Part shown: in pieces, positions 16,881-22,296 of the stretch
Position numbering within the stretch: the stretch's first letter is position 1
Layout: the number at the start of each line of letters is the position of its first letter
Notes under the pieces: model-generated
Database searches by the model: none
Told to the model about the DNA's origin: nothing
What the model saw: the letters and a program-made list of their open reading frames with translations, nothing else
Assembly (NCBI GenBank): GCA_029856365.1
Contig: JAHQWW010000059.1
Span: 1 to 22,296, forward strand
Direction: 5' to 3'
Source of the DNA: Candidatus Hodarchaeota archaeon
GTDB lineage: Archaea; Asgardarchaeota; Heimdallarchaeia; Hodarchaeales; Hodarchaeaceae
DNA: 22,296 nucleotides
Position numbers and translations under genes: made by a program

Positions 16881-17900
16881 TCACATTTGAAAAACTGTTT
16901 GTAATTCTCCACTATTCTCAATTATTAATTGACAAAATTTTGCAACAGAATAACAATCATCAATACAAGCCATCTCAATCGGGGTGTGATTATTTCTAGT
17001 AGCAGTGAGAACGGGAATAGTTGGTATACCAGCTCCAATCACTCGTACAGGTCCTGCATCTGTACCTCCGATATTCCAAACTTCTGTTTGAATTGCAATT
17101 TTGTTATTCTTAGCTAATTTCAACAAATAATTACGAACATGAGTTGATAATAGTGAAGATCTATCTGATAAAGTAATCACTGGACCTTGGCCAATAGCTA
17201 CTGGGTGTTCGTCATATGTTATGTCTAAAATAAGTGCCATATCTGGTTGAATCTTCTGGGCGGCCGTTTTAGCTCCTCGTGCACCAACTTCTTCTTCAAC
17301 AGTTGCGACAAGAAAGACATCATCTAATGGTGGATTCTCTTTCAGATGTTTTGCTAGGAGAAGTAATTCGAAAACCCCTAGACGATTGTCTAATCGGGGA
17401 GAACATATTACTCTTTGTGAGGGATCACCAACAAAAAAAGGATCAATGGAAAAATGAACAGGATCCCCGGCCTGAATTCCCAATTCAGTTACTACTTTTG
17501 AGGAACGTGTTCCGATATCTATTTTAAAAGATTTTTTATTTTTGTCTTCTTGTTTAGCATACATTAAGCCTTTGATATAACCATTCTTAGTTGAAATGGC
17601 CACAGGTTGGAGGTGACAAGCCTGGGTGTCTTGATAACCAAAATTAAGACATTTAACATGTCCATTTACGATACTATGAACTAGAAAGCCGCATGTATCT
17701 AAATGGGCCCCAATAAACCATTTAAGCTTTTGGTCACGCTTTCCTTGTATTCTACAGATTACTGATCCTAAATTATCTCGCGACATATCACCATATTTTG
17801 CTAATTCTTTTGTGAGAAACATCCGAATAGGTGTCTCAAAGCCTGATTGACCTGGAATCTTTAGACAATTGATTAATTTTTCATCAATTTTATCATTCAC
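16881..17900 (-). CDS. M42-family (TET-like) metallo-aminopeptidase
   Basis: PGQSGFE, GAHLD, DIG, G...GD, RLDNRLG, TVEEEVGARGA, LDIT, GGTDAG, HTP.E; all metal ligands are present. GTG 17900 is the likely start (GGTG SD); the ORF track uses TTG 17912. Confidence 0.92.
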   Translation of the reverse strand: MNDKIDEKLINCLKIPGQSGFETPIRMFLTKELAKYGDMSRDNLGSVICRIQGKRDQKLKWFIGAHLDTCGFLVHSIVNGHVKCLNFGYQDTQACHLQPVAISTKNGYIKGLMYAKQEDKNKKSFKIDIGTRSSKVVTELGIQAGDPVHFSIDPFFVGDPSQRVICSPRLDNRLGVFELLLLAKHLKENPPLDDVFLVATVEEEVGARGAKTAAQKIQPDMALILDITYDEHPVAIGQGPVITLSDRSSLLSTHVRNYLLKLAKNNKIAIQTEVWNIGGTDAGPVRVIGAGIPTIPVLTATRNNHTPIEMACIDDCYSVAKFCQLIIENSGELQTVFQM

Positions 17901-17981
17901 ATAAAACACCAATGACTCAAGTCCGAATGAGGTTTCAAATATTCTTGTTTTCCACGAATATCATTTAAAGTGAGAATTTAA

Positions 17982-18047
17982 ATTTCATCCGAATTTTCTT
18001 TTTAAAACCTCTTACAGTTAATTGAGTAGAACTTTCAACAAACTTCC
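17982..18047 (-). repeat. Copy 2 of the dispersed degenerate intergenic element with a TATA/BRE-like core
   Basis: Matches 11990-12042 and lies upstream of the M42 gene in the same relative orientation. Confidence 0.55.
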
Positions 18048-18264
18048 GTGTAGAAAGCTAGCTTCTTAACTTTAGAGAGAAATTCTTTTCTAGATGATAA
18101 CCATGATAAACCTTCTGAATTATCAATTTATGTAAAAATTAGTTTATTGTATGATTATTCCATGCTTAAAAGGATCAAAATGACAACATCCAAGAAGAAA
18201 AATAAATCACTGGAAGAACTTCTAGGGGATTAATCCTAATTTCTTCATTCTCTTTCATTTTAAT

Positions 18265-20121
18265 TCACGGAGGAGGAGTTGACTCAATAACTACTTGTTG
18301 AGGCATCTCTTCAGGAACCCAAGCTACTTCTTGATGTTTGAAATACGTGTTGTATAAGTTTGCATACTCCCCTCCTTGTCTTAATAAGCCTTCGTGGGTT
18401 CCTTCTTCAATAATCTTCCCTTGATCCAGAACAATAATTCGATCAGCGTTTTTGACAGTACTAAGACGATGAGCAATAACAATCGAAGTACGACCTCTCA
18501 TTAATTGTTCCAACGACTCTTGGATCATACTTTCAGTATAAGCATCTACTGAGGAAGTGGCTTCATCCAAGATGAGAATTCTAGGATCTGCTAGAAGAGC
18601 CCGAGCAAAACTAACTAGTTGTCTTTGACCAGTACTCAAGAGGCACCCCCCTTCTCCAACTTGTGTTTGTAACCCATCTTTTAAATATTCTAAGATCTCA
18701 TCCACTCTGGAAATCTTTAAAGCACGTTGTAAGTCCTCATCGCTTGCATCTTTCCGGCCATATGCAATATTCTCCTCAATAGTGCCATTAAAGAGGAATG
18801 GTGTTTGCAAAACCATTCCTAGATGCTTTCGATAGGACTTGAGCTTAATATTACGGATTGGGATCTCATCAATCAGTATTTTTCCCCCTTGAAATTCATA
18901 AAACCGAGCTAATAATGCTATGATGGAAGTCTTCCCCGCACCTGTATGACCTACTATCGCCAATTTTTCTCCTGGTGGAACTGTAAGAGAGAAATCTTTC
19001 AAAACAGGAGCGTCAGAAACATATTCAAAGTTAACATTCCTAAATTCAATCTGTCCTTTTATCTGATCAATCTCAATATTGCCAAGATCTTGTACTTCCG
19101 GTTCTGCATCAATAACTTGGAGAATACGCTCATATCCAGCAAATCCAGCCTGAAGTTGAGCATAAAAGTTAACTAGCTGAGTGATGGGGAAGAAAAACCG
19201 AGCCAAGTAAGATAAAAAGACATATAGTGTTCCTGCAGTAATAATACCAATGCCTGAGATTGCTGCTTGTCCTCCAAACCCTAAAATAACCATTGTACCA
19301 ATTGCTGATAGAAGATCTACAAAGGGGAAGAACATACCCATTGACACATTTCTTCTAAAACCTGCTATAAAATGTCGCTCATTTACTTCCTTAAATTCAT
19401 TTAGAACTTCAGTTTCCACTCCGAATGATTTACTGACTTGAATACCATTCACAGATTCAGCCATGGATGAATTCACTGAGGCATGAGCTCTTCGAAAGCT
19501 CATACTCGTAATTCTTGCAATTTTACGAAATAAAAAACTCATAACTAACAGTACTGGAATGACCATGGCAGAAATCAGGGCCAATGGCAGGTTAATCAAC
19601 GCTAAAATGATAAATATGAAAATTAATACTAAAAAATGACCTACAATAGTCATCACAATAGAAACAGCAACACCATAATCAGAAGCGTCACTTGAGACTC
19701 GTGAATTGAGACGGCCACTGCGGTGTTTATCAAAGAATTTCATATCTTGTTCCTGAAGAGCAGAAAAGATATCCCCTCGTAAATTAACCATGAAGTCTGG
19801 AACAAATTTCGCTGACTGAATGTTTATGATATAATCGTTTACCCACGAGAGTACAGAGAGGAAAAGGTAGCTGATCCCACCTGCTAATAAGATCCAAAAA
19901 AAAATTTCTGTTGATTGAGGATTTTGAAGTGTATCAATTATATTGGCAAAAATCAATGGAGTGAGAAGACTAGTAAAGGTCGCAACGACCATGGTTATGC
20001 TAGAAATGACCATCGGCCGCTTATATGGAGCTATCCGTTTAATTGACCGTTTAATTAATTCCCAATCTGAATATTTCCTTTCTTCATCTTTTCGATCTAT
20101 ACCTTCAAAGATCCAACTCAA
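18265..20121 (-). CDS. Type IV ABC exporter half-transporter (TMD+NBD), TM288/TmrA-like subunit with consensus Walker B
   Basis: TMD followed by GHTGAGKT, Q-loop VLQ, signature LSTGQRQ, ILILDEATSSVD and IAHR. The TTG start directly follows the upstream stop, with GGAGG SD. Confidence 0.95.
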   Translation of the reverse strand: MSWIFEGIDRKDEERKYSDWELIKRSIKRIAPYKRPMVISSITMVVATFTSLLTPLIFANIIDTLQNPQSTEIFFWILLAGGISYLFLSVLSWVNDYIINIQSAKFVPDFMVNLRGDIFSALQEQDMKFFDKHRSGRLNSRVSSDASDYGVAVSIVMTIVGHFLVLIFIFIILALINLPLALISAMVIPVLLVMSFLFRKIARITSMSFRRAHASVNSSMAESVNGIQVSKSFGVETEVLNEFKEVNERHFIAGFRRNVSMGMFFPFVDLLSAIGTMVILGFGGQAAISGIGIITAGTLYVFLSYLARFFFPITQLVNFYAQLQAGFAGYERILQVIDAEPEVQDLGNIEIDQIKGQIEFRNVNFEYVSDAPVLKDFSLTVPPGEKLAIVGHTGAGKTSIIALLARFYEFQGGKILIDEIPIRNIKLKSYRKHLGMVLQTPFLFNGTIEENIAYGRKDASDEDLQRALKISRVDEILEYLKDGLQTQVGEGGCLLSTGQRQLVSFARALLADPRILILDEATSSVDAYTESMIQESLEQLMRGRTSIVIAHRLSTVKNADRIIVLDQGKIIEEGTHEGLLRQGGEYANLYNTYFKHQEVAWVPEEMPQQVVIESTPPP

Positions 20122-21954
20122 TTATGACCCTCCGAAAGTTGGTGTAATTGATGTTCTACTCACTTCCAAAGGAGGAAGCTCAACGTTCTTACCAAAAATT
20201 CGACGATAATCAGGTGATGTAAGGATTAATTTTGAATGATGGCCTTTTGCTACTATCTTTCCACCTTTGAGAACGATAACACAATCTGCTTGACGAATTG
20301 TAGATAACCTATGAGTGATTACAAAAGTTGTTCTTCCTTGTATTACTGTGTTTATAGCCTTGACAATTTTCTCTTCCGTTCTTGAGTCAACTGAGCTGGT
20401 GGAATCATCAAAGATCAAAATGCTGGGATTTGTTAAAAATGTCCTCGCTAGGGCGACTCTTTGTCTCTGTCCTCCAGAGAGTTGACTTCCTCCTTCCCCT
20501 ACATATGTGTCATACCGTTTTGGTAGCTTCATAATAAAATCATGAGCTTGAGCAAGTCGTGCAACCTGCTTAACATCAACATCACTTGCATTTCTTGCAC
20601 CAAATATAATATTTTCTCGAATTGAACGTGGAAAAAGATAGATATCTTGTTCAATACGTCCAAAGCTCTTTCGTAAGGATTCTAGTGAGTACTCCTTAAT
20701 ATTGATTCCATCAATTGTAATTTCTCCCTCATAATCATAAAGCCTGAGTAATAAGTTCGTGAGAGAGGACTTACCAGATCCAGTCGGACCAACAATAGCA
20801 ATAGTTTGACCTGGTGCGACTGCAAGATTGATTTTATCTAATACTGGTTTTCTTGAAGTTGGATATTTGAAAGATACATCCTTGAAACGGATAATTCCGG
20901 AAATTCCTGGAAACTCTTTATCCCCCTGACCATTCTCCTCTCCTTCTTCTCTAACTTCCATTTCATGAATTCTCCGTGCTCCTGCCAAACCTGCATTAAA
21001 AATTTGAATGGCAAAGCTAATTACATATGTAGGAACCATTAGACTGATTAATAATCCATTATAGGAGATTAAACCTCCAATAGTAAGTCTATCAAACATG
21101 ATCAAGAATGATCCTGCTAATACAGAGAATCCAATGGCTGCAAATAATATAAGTGTTGGAAAATAACGTGCTTGAAGTATTTGTTGGCGATACCAAGCTC
21201 CCCTGAAGTCAAGAACGTATTTCATAAACTTCTGGCGTTCATATGATTCCTCTGCGAACGCTCGTACAACTTCAGCTCCAGTTATGTTATCTTGCACAGC
21301 AGTAGCAATTGCACTCCATTTCCGCATGAAAGTGTGGCTAATTGGTGCCATTTTCTGGTTAAAACTAAAGACTGCCCATAGATAAGCGATAAAAAATGGA
21401 ATTGAAAGAATCAATAATTCAGGAGAGTTTAAAACTCCTATCACTAAAAGTGCAGAAAATATAATCGAAATAAAGACATCTGCTATCATTCCAAAGCCAG
21501 GACTAATTAATCCGCCGACTTGACCTAGGTCATTTGTAGCTAGAGCCATTAATTCTCCTGTTCTCACCGAATCATGGAATTTCAAAGGTTTATTCTGCAT
21601 ACTATTAAAAAACTCTTCCCTAATACGCTTTTGGGCAGTCCAAGACAACCAATCATTAGCAAAAGTTGTTAACACGGCTATAAAAAACCTCACTACCCCC
21701 AAAACTAGTAAAAAAAGCACAAAATCTCTTAGAAGAGATAATTGATCTGTAGGACTCAGTAAATCGTCTTTATCAATAATAGCCATATCAATTGCTTTAC
21801 CCAAAACGATAGGAATAAGTAAACGACTGAATATCACGATTAGGGTTCCAATTACCACAGAACCGATTACTAGAGGATTGGCTGTTAAATGACCCGAAAA
21901 CCAGCGTATGAATGATTTTTGTGTTTTTTGGAGTCCGATAACGTTATGTGACAT
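20122..21954 (-). CDS. Type IV ABC exporter half-transporter (TMD+NBD), TM287/TmrB-like subunit with degenerate Walker B
   Basis: TMD followed by GPTGSGKS, IEQ, LSGGQRQR, ILIFDDSTSSVD and ITHR. Confidence 0.95.
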   Translation of the reverse strand: MSHNVIGLQKTQKSFIRWFSGHLTANPLVIGSVVIGTLIVIFSRLLIPIVLGKAIDMAIIDKDDLLSPTDQLSLLRDFVLFLLVLGVVRFFIAVLTTFANDWLSWTAQKRIREEFFNSMQNKPLKFHDSVRTGELMALATNDLGQVGGLISPGFGMIADVFISIIFSALLVIGVLNSPELLILSIPFFIAYLWAVFSFNQKMAPISHTFMRKWSAIATAVQDNITGAEVVRAFAEESYERQKFMKYVLDFRGAWYRQQILQARYFPTLILFAAIGFSVLAGSFLIMFDRLTIGGLISYNGLLISLMVPTYVISFAIQIFNAGLAGARRIHEMEVREEGEENGQGDKEFPGISGIIRFKDVSFKYPTSRKPVLDKINLAVAPGQTIAIVGPTGSGKSSLTNLLLRLYDYEGEITIDGINIKEYSLESLRKSFGRIEQDIYLFPRSIRENIIFGARNASDVDVKQVARLAQAHDFIMKLPKRYDTYVGEGGSQLSGGQRQRVALARTFLTNPSILIFDDSTSSVDSRTEEKIVKAINTVIQGRTTFVITHRLSTIRQADCVIVLKGGKIVAKGHHSKLILTSPDYRRIFGKNVELPPLEVSRTSITPTFGGS

Positions 21955-22049
21955 GACAAGAAATTAGTAAAGATCACTTAAAAATGGGTTGTTTCTGGCA
22001 ATAAAAAGAGAAAATATAATATTAATTTTAAAACTACGATAAAATCTCC

Positions 22050-22068
22050 TTAAAAAAGAGAAAAAAGA
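22050..22068 (-). terminator. Oligo-T tract, putative archaeal terminator of the surface-protein gene
   Basis: The minus strand reads TTCTTTTTTCTCTTTTTT about 25 nt after the TAG at 22093. Confidence 0.45.
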
Positions 22069-22092
22069 ATGGGAAGTAATGAGACTCAACTT

Positions 22093-22296
22093 CTATTTTT
22101 TCAGACGATTTCTCACGACTGGCAGGAGTGCAAAAAGACCAAGTATCATAAACCATTCGAACCCTGGTGTCACGTTTGCGTCTGGATCCCCAATTACCGT
22201 GATCACCTGCTCGTAAACAGCTACTTGATTGCGAGTGTTCAAAATTGTCATTGTACATAGAAATTCACCAGTACGTGTTACATCATAGTCAAAGCT
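22093..22296 (-). CDS. 3' end of a cell-surface protein with a PGF-CTERM/Heimdall-CTERM-like sorting signal (5' end lies outside the window)
   Basis: Not in the ORF track. Open frame from the edge: SFDYDVTRTGEFLCTMTILNTRNQVAVYEQVITVIGDPDANVTPGFEWFMILGLFALLPVVRNRLKK*, i.e. beta-rich segment, PGF motif, TM helix, basic tail. Confidence 0.85.
   Translation of the reverse strand, partial: SFDYDVTRTGEFLCTMTILNTRNQVAVYEQVITVIGDPDANVTPGFEWFMILGLFALLPVVRNRLKK

Noticed and set aside
18055-18118. C/D-box-like sRNA (ATGATAA twice, then CTGA) and palindrome AAGCTAGCTT
   Set aside because: The C box is non-consensus, the C-to-D spacing is too short for guide regions, and there is no D'/C' pair.
18162-18233. 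23-aa ORF MLKRIKMTTSKKKNKSLEELLGD
   Set aside because: Too short and unsupported by any motif; it could be chance or a gene remnant.
12083-20209. Shadow ORFs at 12083, 12219, 15753, 16929, 17279, 18946, 19250 and 19943
   Set aside because: They overlap real genes on the opposite strand and show no protein-like features.
22034-22260. Track ORFs 22034..22258 (-) and 22069..22260 (+)
   Set aside because: The real coding frame is a different minus-strand frame ending at 22093 with the PGF-TM-basic signal.
1-22296. CRISPR array, tRNA/rRNA, IS element, integrase or prophage genes
   Set aside because: I saw no regularly spaced repeats, GC-rich structured RNA segments, or transposase/recombinase motifs by eye; a covariance-model scan would be needed to exclude small RNAs.

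Overview
AT-rich, gene-dense window, most likely from an Asgard archaeon of the Heimdallarchaeia/Hodarchaeales type. This is inferred from a Rab-like small-GTPase fold, a PGFE-TM-basic C-terminal sorting signal, GGAGG/GGTG Shine-Dalgarno sites and oligo-T terminators. The left 10.2 kb is a catabolic cluster: a kynurenine-formamidase/cyclase-family hydrolase (partial, not in the ORF track), an orphan EutA-like ASKHA ATPase, a YfcE/Vps29-family metallophosphoesterase, a xanthine-oxidase-family Mo-hydroxylase (large and 2Fe-2S subunits, no FAD subunit), an acyl-CoA dehydrogenase, and a three-gene FdrA / 56-aa FdrA-domain protein (not in the ORF track) / DUF1116 module. The right half holds an M48 peptidase, an SCP2-SDR pair, a second SDR with a membrane protein, a Rab-like protein whose five G-boxes are all degenerate, a GNAT acetyltransferase whose frame continues 103 codons past an in-frame TGA, an M42 peptidase, an asymmetric heterodimeric ABC exporter, and the 3' end of a PGF-CTERM-type surface protein. 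A degenerate repeat of about 55-65 nt lies upstream of both peptidase genes. I saw no tRNA, rRNA, CRISPR array or mobile element. All family calls come from motif recognition by eye; no searches were run.
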